From: Candidatus Nomurabacteria bacterium
GTDB lineage: Bacteria; Patescibacteriota; Minisyncoccia; Phycocordibacterales; SBAW01
Assembly (NCBI GenBank): GCA_943356495.1
Contig: CALRFF010000001.1
Coordinates: forward strand, 92,864-156,863
Length of the DNA: 64,000 bases
Direction: 5' to 3'
How positions within the stretch are numbered: position 1 is the first letter of the stretch; the number at the start of each line of letters is the position of its first letter. Positions 10,789 through 19,015 of the stretch are shown piece by piece. The position numbers were made by a program, and so were the translations under genes. Below the pieces are notes generated by a model. That model was not told the origin of the DNA, did not search any database, and saw only the letters and a list, made by a program, of their open reading frames with translations.

Positions 10789-10854
10789 ATATACGGCAAT
10801 TGCCCCGCGGATACTCCGAGGGGGTAGTGAAAGACACTATATCATGAGGATCAA

Positions 10855-10883
10855 GAAAAAGCCCCGAATTGCTCCGGGGCTTT
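10855..10883 (-). terminator. Intrinsic terminator of the small orphan gene 10888-11037
   Basis: AAAGCCCCG-GAGCAATT-CGGGGCTTTTT on the minus strand. Confidence 0.7.
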
Positions 10884-10887
10884 CGTC

Positions 10888-11037
10888 TTAGTCGTCGCCG
10901 GGTTTTGGGTCCCGCCGTTGCCGTTGCTGGAGTTGCTCGCCCTGCGCCTGTTGCGGCTGCTGTTGTCGAAACAACTCTTGGTTGCGCCTTTGCTGCTCCT
11001 GTTTTCGCAGCTCTGCGGCGTCGCCTTTCTCCGCCAT
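10888..11037 (-). CDS. Small Gln-rich orphan protein (49 aa), not in the ORF track
   Basis: [49 protein letters not shown]; GGGAGG SD 5 nt upstream; terminator directly downstream. Confidence 0.6.
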   Translation of the reverse strand: MAEKGDAAELRKQEQQRRNQELFRQQQPQQAQGEQLQQRQRRDPKPGDD

Positions 11038-11092
11038 GACAACCTCCCTAGTGCTGCCTCACGCACGCAATACTACTCCTGTAATCGTACTC

Positions 11093-13144
11093 CTATTTTT
11101 TAGTGCGCTTTGCAGTTGTCCCCTGTCCGCTAAGGGCGTACATTTCGTCGCGGATAAGGGCGGCACCCTCGAAGTCGAGATTTTTAACGGCCTCGGCCAT
11201 TTCTTTGCGCTTTGCAGTAATAAACTTTTTCGGATTCTTTTTATACAACTCTTTATCTATTTCGAGCATCGAGACAACCGCCTTGCTGTGCTCGCTGCGC
11301 AACTCCTGCGTAATATCTTTAATTGCCTTTTTAATACTCGTCGGGGTAATACCGTGCTTGGTGTTATAAGCGGTTTGTATAGTACGGCGGCGGTTGGTCT
11401 CGCTTACTGCTTTTTTGAGCGAGTCGGTTTCGTGGTCGGCGTACAAAATAACGCGGCCGCCCACGTTGCGCGCCGCACGACCGATGGTTTGTATCAAGCT
11501 GGTCTCCGAGCGCAAAAAGCCTTCTTTGTCGGCGTCGAGTATCGCCACCAGCTCCACCTCCGGCAGGTCCAAACCTTCGCGCAGTAGGTTAACGCCCACC
11601 AACACATCGTAGGTGCCTTTACGTAAGTCGGTCAGCGTTTCGATACGCTCAAGTGTTTCCACATCGCTGTGCAGGTAGGCTGCTTTTATCTTGCGCTCTT
11701 TTAAATACTCACTCAAATCTTCGGCCATCTTTTTAGTAAGAGTGGTAACCATCACCCGCATGCCTTTTTTGATTACCTTTTCCGCCTCCTCCAAAAAGTC
11801 CTGCACCTGACTTTTCTGGAAGGCTAAACCTTCCAGTTTATTACCGGTTACAGGGCGGACAATAATTTCGGGGTCGATAAGGCCGGTCGGGCGGATAATC
11901 TGCTCTACCACATTGTTGCCGCTGTGCTCTTTTTCGTAGGCACCCGGTGTCGCCGACGTATAGATAACCTGCCCCACACGCTCTTCAAACTCATCGAACT
12001 TCAGCGGGCGGTTGTCGACCGCGGAGGGCAGGCGGAATCCGTACTCGACCAAGTTGTCTTTACGCGAACGGTCGCCGGCGTACATGCCGCCTATCTGCGG
12101 CACGGTTACATGCGACTCGTCGATGACGGTTAAAAAGTCCGCCTTGCCGTCTTTGGTGTGCGGAAAGTAATCGAGCAAGCTGTACGGCGGCTCTCCGGGC
12201 TTGCGGCCGTCAAAGTGGCGGGAATAGTTTTCTATCCCGTTGCAGTAGCCCATCTCGCGGATAAGCGCGAGGTCGTGGTTGGTGCGACGTTTAATGCGCT
12301 CGGCCTCGAGCAACTTGCCCGCGCGTTCAAACTTTGCCAACTGCTCTTTAAGCTCAAACCGGATATCTTCAATCGCACGGGCGCGCTCATGCTCGGGCGT
12401 AACGTAGTGTTTTGCAGGGAAAAGAAATATCGAGTCCGGCGCCTCCTTCTCCTGCCGGGTAATAGCGTCGATAACCCGAACTTTATGAATAGTCTCGCCC
12501 TCAAAGTCGACACGGTAGAGCACGCGCTCGCTGGTCGGCATTACTTCAACACTGTTGCCGACGGCGCGGAATGCCCCCGGCGTTAGGTCGGCGGTGGTGC
12601 GCTCAAAGTACACGCCTATAAGTTCGCGGATTAATTCCGCGCGATTCTTTTTTACCCCTTTTTTTAACTCCAAGTGCATCTTGCGGTACTCGGTGGGGCT
12701 ACCTAAACCGTAAATGCAGGACACCGAAGCAACCACAATGACGTCGCTGCGGGTAAGCAGTGCTTGAGTGCTGGCATGGCGGAGGCGCTCTATTTCTTCG
12801 TTAATCTGCGCCTCTTTCTCTATATACGTGTCGGAGTGTGAGATGTAGGCCTCCGGCTGATAGTAGTCGTAATAAGAGACAAAGTAGTGCACCGCCGCGT
12901 CGGGAAAGAACTCACGGTACTCCTGCGCGAGCTGGGCCGCCAAGGTTTTGTTGTGCGCAATGACTAGTGTGGGTTTTTGGACCGCGGCGATAACATTAGC
13001 CGCGGTAAAAGTCTTGCCCGAGCCGGTAACGCCCAAGAGCGTCTGGTGCCGCTCCCCGCGCGTGAGCCCCGCCACCAACGCCTCGATAGCCTTGGGCTGG
13101 TCGCCGGCCGGTATGTGCGTCGATTTAAGTACGAACTTTTGCAT
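11093..13144 (-). CDS. uvrB: Excinuclease ABC subunit B
   Basis: 'GVTGSGKT', 'YFVSYYDYYQPEAY', 'DESH', 'QTIGRAAR', C-terminal UVR. Confidence 0.98.
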   Translation of the reverse strand: MQKFVLKSTHIPAGDQPKAIEALVAGLTRGERHQTLLGVTGSGKTFTAANVIAAVQKPTLVIAHNKTLAAQLAQEYREFFPDAAVHYFVSYYDYYQPEAYISHSDTYIEKEAQINEEIERLRHASTQALLTRSDVIVVASVSCIYGLGSPTEYRKMHLELKKGVKKNRAELIRELIGVYFERTTADLTPGAFRAVGNSVEVMPTSERVLYRVDFEGETIHKVRVIDAITRQEKEAPDSIFLFPAKHYVTPEHERARAIEDIRFELKEQLAKFERAGKLLEAERIKRRTNHDLALIREMGYCNGIENYSRHFDGRKPGEPPYSLLDYFPHTKDGKADFLTVIDESHVTVPQIGGMYAGDRSRKDNLVEYGFRLPSAVDNRPLKFDEFEERVGQVIYTSATPGAYEKEHSGNNVVEQIIRPTGLIDPEIIVRPVTGNKLEGLAFQKSQVQDFLEEAEKVIKKGMRVMVTTLTKKMAEDLSEYLKERKIKAAYLHSDVETLERIETLTDLRKGTYDVLVGVNLLREGLDLPEVELVAILDADKEGFLRSETSLIQTIGRAARNVGGRVILYADHETDSLKKAVSETNRRRTIQTAYNTKHGITPTSIKKAIKDITQELRSEHSKAVVSMLEIDKELYKKNPKKFITAKRKEMAEAVKNLDFEGAALIRDEMYALSGQGTTAKRTKK
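11816..11836. repeat. 21-bp palindrome CTGGAAGG-CTAAA-CCTTCCAG, in frame in uvrB (LEGLAFQ)
   Basis: Perfect 8-bp arms; exactly 7 codons. Confidence 0.6.
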
Positions 13145-14348
13145 AGGAACTTAAAAATGTATCACGGAATGCATGAAAGTTCCCGTCTAGTATCGACTGG
13201 CGGATTTTGGCAACAAGGTTGGTAAGGAAAAAAATATTGTGCATGCTCGCCAAGATAGGCCCGAGCATTTCGTGCGTACGGAAGAGATGGTGTATATAGG
13301 CGCGCGTATGCTCGGTACATACCGGACACGTACAGCCATCGTCGAGCGGCCCCCAGTCCTCTTTATACTCGGCGTTTGGTATCTGAATCTTGCCTTGTTT
13401 TGTGTAGATACCGCCCGTGCGCCCGTTGCGGGTCGGGAGCACGCAGTCAAAGGTGTCTATCCCCGCCTCCACCCCGATAAACATATCCTCGGGCTCGCCG
13501 ATACCCAGCAAATGCCGAGGCTTTTCTTTGGGCAGCTCGCGGTTGACCTTGTCTAAAATCCCCAAGATGTCGTGCTTGCTAAACGAGCCGCCGATGCCGT
13601 AGCCGTCAAAGTCCATCGCGGCCAGCTCTTTGGCGCTTTGTATGCGCAAGTGCGCGTAACGTCCGCCCTGCACAATGCCGTAAATACCCTGTTTGGCATT
13701 AGCGCTCAGATTTTGCCGGTGCGCCTTAAGGCTGCGGTCAGCCCACCGATGTGTCCGATCAGAAGCCTCTTTTTGATACGCCTCGTCGGCGGCCGGCGAA
13801 GTGCACTCGTCAAAGGCAAAAATAATGTCAGCACCGAGCTTGTGCTGTATCTCAATAGAACGCTCGGGCGTAAAGCGGTGGAGCGAACCGTCTACATGGC
13901 TGGTAAACGACACACCCTCTTCGTCGATGATCGCCAGTTTGCCGTGGCTGGTAGCCAGCTCCTCATCAAACACGGCCATGCCCGCCTCGGGCGCCGCGGC
14001 CTCGGGTAAAAACTTAGAAAGTTTTTTGCCGTACCCTTCGCCGAGCGAAAATACTTGGAACCCGCCCGAGTCGGTCATCGTAGGGCCGTCAAAACCCATA
14101 AACTTTCCCACCCCGCCTGCTTTTTCTATCAATCCTTCCCCCGGGGAGAGGTACAAGTGATAGGTGTTGGCAATAAGCGTTTGCACACCAAGCGCTTTAA
14201 ACTCGCTGGCCTTAATGCCTTTAATGTCGGCTTTGGTACCCACCGCCACAAACGCGGGGGTTTGTATATCGCCGTGCGGCGTACGCAAAATGCCGGCCCG
14301 CGCCAAACCGGGACCCTCTTTTATAATGTCTAACGACACCGGGCGCAT
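13125..14348 (-). CDS. tgt: tRNA-guanine transglycosylase
   Basis: 'ANTYHL', 'TDSGGFQVFSL', 'GIVQGG', 'FDCVLPTR', CxCxxC zinc site. Confidence 0.96.
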   Translation of the reverse strand: MRPVSLDIIKEGPGLARAGILRTPHGDIQTPAFVAVGTKADIKGIKASEFKALGVQTLIANTYHLYLSPGEGLIEKAGGVGKFMGFDGPTMTDSGGFQVFSLGEGYGKKLSKFLPEAAAPEAGMAVFDEELATSHGKLAIIDEEGVSFTSHVDGSLHRFTPERSIEIQHKLGADIIFAFDECTSPAADEAYQKEASDRTHRWADRSLKAHRQNLSANAKQGIYGIVQGGRYAHLRIQSAKELAAMDFDGYGIGGSFSKHDILGILDKVNRELPKEKPRHLLGIGEPEDMFIGVEAGIDTFDCVLPTRNGRTGGIYTKQGKIQIPNAEYKEDWGPLDDGCTCPVCTEHTRAYIHHLFRTHEMLGPILASMHNIFFLTNLVAKIRQSILDGNFHAFRDTFLSSYAKVRT

Positions 14349-14373
14349 AAAGAGTAACTATACAAAGAAAAAA

Positions 14374-14398
14374 GCCCCGCACCAATTTGGTGCGGGGC
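14374..14398 (-). terminator. Hairpin terminator GCCCCGCACCA-AAT-TGGTGCGGGGC + U tract
   Basis: 11-bp stem followed by TTTTTTCTTT on the minus strand, downstream of 14422-14811. Confidence 0.75.
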
Positions 14399-14421
14399 CG
14401 TACGGGCATGACGAGCCGAGT

Positions 14422-14811
14422 TCAGGCCTTCTTCGCCAACTCGCCGAAGCGGTAGGCCGCGGTGTGTCCGTCCATCGCGACGGAGTGCGTGTGGCAGTAG
14501 CACACGGCTTCGTGGATGGCGTCCGGGTCGGTGCCGAGGACGTTCATGACGCCGCCGACGGTCCCGTCGGTCGTGGCGCCCAGCGAGCCCAGATGCTGTT
14601 CGACGGCGCCGAGAACGGTGCCGGCGGTGGGGAGCGCGCGCAGCGCATCTTCGGTCATATGTTCGGTCTCGATCAGGAGGTCAAAGCGTTCGTTAGCGCG
14701 CTGCTTGAACATGTCCGCGACGCTCTGGAGGAGCTCCTTCCGCGTCATCGGCACATCACGCCGAGCCTGTCCCGCTTGCACGAGTGGGCCCAAGTCTTTG
14801 TGCTTCGTCAT
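14422..14811 (-). CDS. Orphan hypothetical protein (129 aa) with a His/Cys cluster
   Basis: AAAGGA SD, own terminator, 'HEAVCYCHTHS'. Confidence 0.7.
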   Translation of the reverse strand: MTKHKDLGPLVQAGQARRDVPMTRKELLQSVADMFKQRANERFDLLIETEHMTEDALRALPTAGTVLGAVEQHLGSLGATTDGTVGGVMNVLGTDPDAIHEAVCYCHTHSVAMDGHTAAYRFGELAKKA

Positions 14812-14914
14812 GGCAAGGTCCTTTCCGGTTGAAGGTGCCCCAATGGCCGTCCTTCAGTTGCACCATAGCAAAACCCCGTTGAGTTTTCAACGGGGTTATA
14901 AGATAGCGTGCGGG

Positions 14915-15370
14915 TTAGTTTGCTGCCGGCGTAACAGACAAGAGTTCGACCTCAAACAGGAGCGCCGAGTTCGGTGGGATAGGACCGACCGCTTGCGAGC
15001 CGTATGCCATTTCCGGCGGGATAAGCAGCGAGCGCTTGCCGCCGACCTTCATACCGTTTAGGCCCAAGTCCCAACCCGAGATCACTTCCCCCACCCCGAG
15101 GGTAAAAGTAAAGGGTGCGCGGCCTATCGAAGTATCAAACACCGTACCGTTGGTGAGCTTGCCCGTGTAATTGACGCTAACCGTGTCGCCGGCTTTTGCT
15201 GCGGCGCCCGTGCCCAATACTTGGTCGGTTACCACCAACCCCGTTGTCGCGCCCGCGTTATCTTGCGGCATAGATGATGAAGATGAAAAAAGATTACCTC
15301 CTATAAAAAAACTCACAACCACCAGCGACACCACTACGGCGATGCCTGTTTGTATTTGTTGCTTAGACAT
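14915..15370 (-). CDS. FKBP-type peptidyl-prolyl isomerase with N-terminal anchor
   Basis: 'V.V.YTGKL.NGTVFDTS', 'VISGWD.GL.GMKVGGKR.L.IPPEMAYG', 'IPPNS.L.FEVEL'. Confidence 0.94.
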   Translation of the reverse strand: MSKQQIQTGIAVVVSLVVVSFFIGGNLFSSSSSMPQDNAGATTGLVVTDQVLGTGAAAKAGDTVSVNYTGKLTNGTVFDTSIGRAPFTFTLGVGEVISGWDLGLNGMKVGGKRSLLIPPEMAYGSQAVGPIPPNSALLFEVELLSVTPAAN

Positions 15371-15389
15371 ACGAAATATACTACCACAC

Positions 15390-16304
15390 CTAGCGCTCGG
15401 TACTGGTAGCGGCAAGGGTAAGCACCACCTCTGGCCCGCCGCTTAAACCGACTCCCGCCGCTTGGTTGCCCGAGATAGAAAGCAGGGAGCCGTTAAACAC
15501 TATAAAGAAGGCCGCAATACCCGCCACCACCGCCCCGGGCAGAATAATATGCATCCCCTGTACTTGTATATGGAAGAAAAATGCCAGTGCGATAAGCACC
15601 ACCAAGAGCGAGGCAATGCCACCAAAGATCCAGGCACTGGTAGCACGCGGGTCGCTTACAAGCTTAGGCAGTTGCCGCACAAACGCATTAAATGTATTGG
15701 ACGGGGCGGCACTTACCTCGGCACCCAGCACGCGACCCATCGGCGCACCGAAGTACTGCACTACATAGGTGGCGTGTGCGCCTTTGTACATACCCTCCGC
15801 CAATCCTATGCCTATTTCGCGATAGGCGGGTTTAACAATGTTGGCGCGATGCGTAGGTGAGGCCATCCACGCAGTAACCACATCTTTAGAATCGATAAAT
15901 CGCACGGCTAAATTCTCCCCTGCATATTTATAGTCATAGCCGGCCGCGGAGATAAAGTCCCACGGTTGTGTGCCGTCGGGAGACACGTGGGCAAAATACC
16001 CTTTGGCCGCCATATCATCGGCTTTAGCTTGCGCGGCGAGGTCAAGCAACGGATTATCTGCGAGTAGGCCGAGGCTTTGATTGCTCCGCTCTGTGTTGGT
16101 AAGCGCCACCAACTCACCCGCTATCACGCTTGCTAAAAAGGAGCCCCCCGACTGGCGCGCCACCAAACTGGCAACCAAAAATCCTTCGGTCGCCAGCACC
16201 AGCGCCAAAAAAAAGACCATCCATCCGCGGCGCAGCAAATGGGGGCGGTAGGCGTTGGTATGATGCGGCACGATATGATTTAAAAAGCGTCGCCACAAAG
16301 ACAT
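15390..16304 (-). CDS. CAP/SCP-domain membrane protein
   Basis: 'LTNTER', 'KADDMA.KGYFAH', 'AGENLA', 'WMASPTHRANI'. Confidence 0.9.
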   Translation of the reverse strand: MSLWRRFLNHIVPHHTNAYRPHLLRRGWMVFFLALVLATEGFLVASLVARQSGGSFLASVIAGELVALTNTERSNQSLGLLADNPLLDLAAQAKADDMAAKGYFAHVSPDGTQPWDFISAAGYDYKYAGENLAVRFIDSKDVVTAWMASPTHRANIVKPAYREIGIGLAEGMYKGAHATYVVQYFGAPMGRVLGAEVSAAPSNTFNAFVRQLPKLVSDPRATSAWIFGGIASLLVVLIALAFFFHIQVQGMHIILPGAVVAGIAAFFIVFNGSLLSISGNQAAGVGLSGGPEVVLTLAATSTER

Positions 16305-16320
16305 GCTAAAATTTTAGCAT
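16303..16320. promoter_or_regulatory. Palindromic bidirectional extended -10 element serving two divergent genes
   Basis: Perfect palindrome ATGCTAAAATTTTAGCAT gives TGcTAAAAT on both strands, 6 and 8 nt before the two ATGs. Confidence 0.65.
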
Positions 16321-17097
16321 ATGAAACGCGGTGTCTTGGTGGCGCTTTTACTTATGCCGTCGGTTGCCTTTGGCGCCGGTTTTGCCAAACAATCGCTTTT
16401 TTTGTCGCGTCAATCGGTCACCGAGGGCGAGACGGTGCAGCTGCATGCGGTGCTTGCCAACGAAGCGGCGGCGGCATTTACCGGCCAAATACTCTTTAAC
16501 GACAGCGGTACAAAAATAGGCGCGGTACCCGTAACCCTTGCGTCCGGAGAAGGTACCGTGGTGTCGGTGTCCTGGAAACCGCTTGCGGGGTCGCACCCTA
16601 TAACCGCCGAACTTACAGACTCGGGCGGCGCAGTGGTGGAAACATTAAAGGAAACGTTTACCATCGCCGCAAAACCAAAACCGGTAAGTAGCGGCGGGTC
16701 CGGCGCGGCGGTTATCGGGTCCTCTCAGGGTATCCAAAGCGGCATCGGCAACGTATCGCCCGAAGTTGCCGGCGTTATGGCGCCGGTCTTTACGTTGGTA
16801 GACGGCGCACGCAGTAGCATTGCCGATGTGCTCGACGCGCAACTCACCGGCACTAAAGCCGCTATCGGCCCTTCGGCCGGCAACCCGGGACAGGTCCTTT
16901 CCGCCGAAGCTACAAAAAACGCCGCAAGCAACCCTATGGGCGCATTGTGGTTTATCCTGCAGACGCTCTACTTTTATCTACTGACTATCCTGCGGTTTAT
17001 TGTGGGTTCGGCGGGGGTCTTTTACCCGCTTGTGGCTGTCGCCTTTTTGTACTTTTTGTGGAGGATGTTCCGTCGGTTTAGACGCCCGAGCTACTAG
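16321..17097 (+). CDS. Secreted/membrane protein with a CARDB-like Ig fold and C-terminal TMs
   Basis: Signal peptide; 'V.L.SGE.TVVSVSW...GSH.ITA'; C-terminal hydrophobic helices. Confidence 0.7.
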   Translation: MKRGVLVALLLMPSVAFGAGFAKQSLFLSRQSVTEGETVQLHAVLANEAAAAFTGQILFNDSGTKIGAVPVTLASGEGTVVSVSWKPLAGSHPITAELTDSGGAVVETLKETFTIAAKPKPVSSGGSGAAVIGSSQGIQSGIGNVSPEVAGVMAPVFTLVDGARSSIADVLDAQLTGTKAAIGPSAGNPGQVLSAEATKNAASNPMGALWFILQTLYFYLLTILRFIVGSAGVFYPLVAVAFLYFLWRMFRRFRRPSY

Positions 17098-17506
17098 TGG
17101 TACGCCAGTGCCATATCCCAACAACAAAGGCGAGTACGGTAACGAGCGCCGATATCAAACAATACTGGCAAAATGCTCCTATTTGTATCGCCTGCACATA
17201 GCCGATAGCGTGTACTGAATACAAAAAACCTATACCGGTATATACAAGCGCGCCTATCCGCAGACCTTTTGACTCCGGGTCAATGCTCAGCAGTATTGCT
17301 AGGCACAAAAGATATACGTAATACACAAGCCCGATGTACGAGAGCGGTACGCCGAAGAATTTGGAGTACACACTGGTAAGCACCGTCTCGCACCCGCCGA
17401 TAGCGCACGTGGGTATCAGGTTCAGATACTGAAAGTACGAAAGGTACAGTGTGTCGCCCAGCCCGACCATCGCAAGCGCCAACAGCCAATAGGGAGTAAG
17501 TTTCAT
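17078..17506 (-). CDS. Vitamin K epoxide reductase (VKOR) family protein
   Basis: 'C...GCETVLTS.YS.FFG.P' loop cysteines and 'FCQYC' CxxC. Confidence 0.92.
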   Translation of the reverse strand: MKLTPYWLLALAMVGLGDTLYLSYFQYLNLIPTCAIGGCETVLTSVYSKFFGVPLSYIGLVYYVYLLCLAILLSIDPESKGLRIGALVYTGIGFLYSVHAIGYVQAIQIGAFCQYCLISALVTVLAFVVGIWHWRTTSSSGV

Positions 17507-17511
17507 ACTGG

Positions 17512-18090
17512 TTAGTAGGTAAACTGTACGGAGGAAAGTACGGTGTCAAAGTCTTTACGCACTTGATCTTCCGGCGTTAGCCAGCCGCCCTCAAACAGAA
17601 ATATCTTGCCTTTGTAGGCAACCGCGACCGCATTGGTTTCGTATAGCCCCGAGTAACGGTACGCCAAAGCCGGCTGCCCGCCCACCGTAGTGCTACCCAA
17701 CCCGCCGTCCTGCAACGCCAACTTCCAGTTAGAGCGCGCGTCGCCGGTTACCCACGCGTCGAGCGACAGGCCTTCGGTATTTACAAACACGCTCATGCTT
17801 ATAGCGGGCGGCCCTTCCCCGCCCGTGGGCGGCACATAGTCTTTAGGCACGAGCGTCAGCACGTCCCACGAACGCTCGGCATTGCCCTCGATGCGCGAAG
17901 ACAGCCGGTATGTCGGCGGATACGTAAAGGAGACCCCGTCTTCGGATGAGTACTCCGACATCAGGGGTGTCTGCACACCGCCGGTGCCGTCGAGTTTGCT
18001 TACCAAGTAGCGCGAGGTAAGAAACGCCGAGCCAAAAGCGACGATAATAACAACCAGTACTACCAGCAATAGTTTACCCATATTCTGCAT
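17512..18090 (-). CDS. Membrane-anchored PsbP-like hypothetical protein
   Basis: N-terminal TM; 'GVSFTYP', 'TVGGQPA', 'FDTVLSSVQF'. Confidence 0.65.
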   Translation of the reverse strand: MQNMGKLLLVVLVVIIVAFGSAFLTSRYLVSKLDGTGGVQTPLMSEYSSEDGVSFTYPPTYRLSSRIEGNAERSWDVLTLVPKDYVPPTGGEGPPAISMSVFVNTEGLSLDAWVTGDARSNWKLALQDGGLGSTTVGGQPALAYRYSGLYETNAVAVAYKGKIFLFEGGWLTPEDQVRKDFDTVLSSVQFTY

Positions 18091-18091
18091 A

Positions 18092-18487
18092 CTACTCTTT
18101 TATATCACGCCTCTGCTCGCGGTGCCTTACTGTGTGCTCATCCATGCCAAACAGGTGGGCAACCTCGTGCCAAATGGTTTCGCGGATTACTCTGCGGATA
18201 TCCATGCCGTCCTCAACGGCGGCAGCCTCTATGGGACGCTGGTACAGCGTAATAGTGTCGGGCATTGTGGTACCCATACCGTACAGGTCGCCGCGCATCG
18301 GGTACGGTATACCTTGGTATAACCCTAGCAAAGTCTCCCCCTCCTGCAACCCTTCGGCCGCACGCACCTCGGCCGACGGTTCGTCCTCTACCAAAAACGC
18401 CACGTTTTTAATATGCGGGCGGAACTTTTCGGGGATAGCGTTGGGAAACTCTTCCTCCAGCAATTGTTCAAATTCCTCCCGGATCAT
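18092..18487 (-). CDS. Zincin-like metallopeptidase (Zincin_1)
   Basis: 'LLGLYQG', 'PDTITLYQRPI', HEVAH motif. Confidence 0.9.
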   Translation of the reverse strand: MIREEFEQLLEEEFPNAIPEKFRPHIKNVAFLVEDEPSAEVRAAEGLQEGETLLGLYQGIPYPMRGDLYGMGTTMPDTITLYQRPIEAAAVEDGMDIRRVIRETIWHEVAHLFGMDEHTVRHREQRRDIKE

Positions 18488-19011
18488 TTTAGTAGACGCT
18501 TAAACTTAAGCTGCACTTTCTCTACCTTGGGGGCGATGACGAGTTGGCAGTAGCCCGCGTCTTTATGGGCCTCATAATATTTTTTGTGATAGTCCTCAGC
18601 CGGATAATACGCGCCCAAAGGCTCTACGGTAGTAACAATACGTTTAACACTCGCCGACTTGTTTAACACATCTATATAGTGCTGGGCCTTTTGCCGCTGG
18701 CGCTCGGTAGTGTAAAAAATGGCCGAACGGTATTGGGTGCCGATGTCGTTACCCTGCCCGTTTACTTGGGTCGAATCGTGCGCGGTAAAAAAGACGTGGA
18801 GCAACTCCTCAAACGCAATCTCATCAAGATCAAAAACAATTTTTGCCACCTCTACATGGCCGGTATCGCCGCGACTCACTTGCTCGTAGGTCGGGTTGGC
18901 ACTCTTACCCCCCGTATATCCGGGCTCTACCGATTTAACACCCTTAAGCATGGCAAAAACAGCCTCGGTGCACCAAAAACATCCCCCGCCGAAGACGATT
19001 GTCTCTTGCAT
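18484..19011 (-). CDS. msrA: Peptide methionine sulfoxide reductase A
   Basis: GCFWC, 'QGNDIGTQYRS', 'AEDYH..Y', 'YC..VI.PK'. Confidence 0.96.
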   Translation of the reverse strand: MQETIVFGGGCFWCTEAVFAMLKGVKSVEPGYTGGKSANPTYEQVSRGDTGHVEVAKIVFDLDEIAFEELLHVFFTAHDSTQVNGQGNDIGTQYRSAIFYTTERQRQKAQHYIDVLNKSASVKRIVTTVEPLGAYYPAEDYHKKYYEAHKDAGYCQLVIAPKVEKVQLKFKRLLK

Positions 19012-19015
19012 AGGG

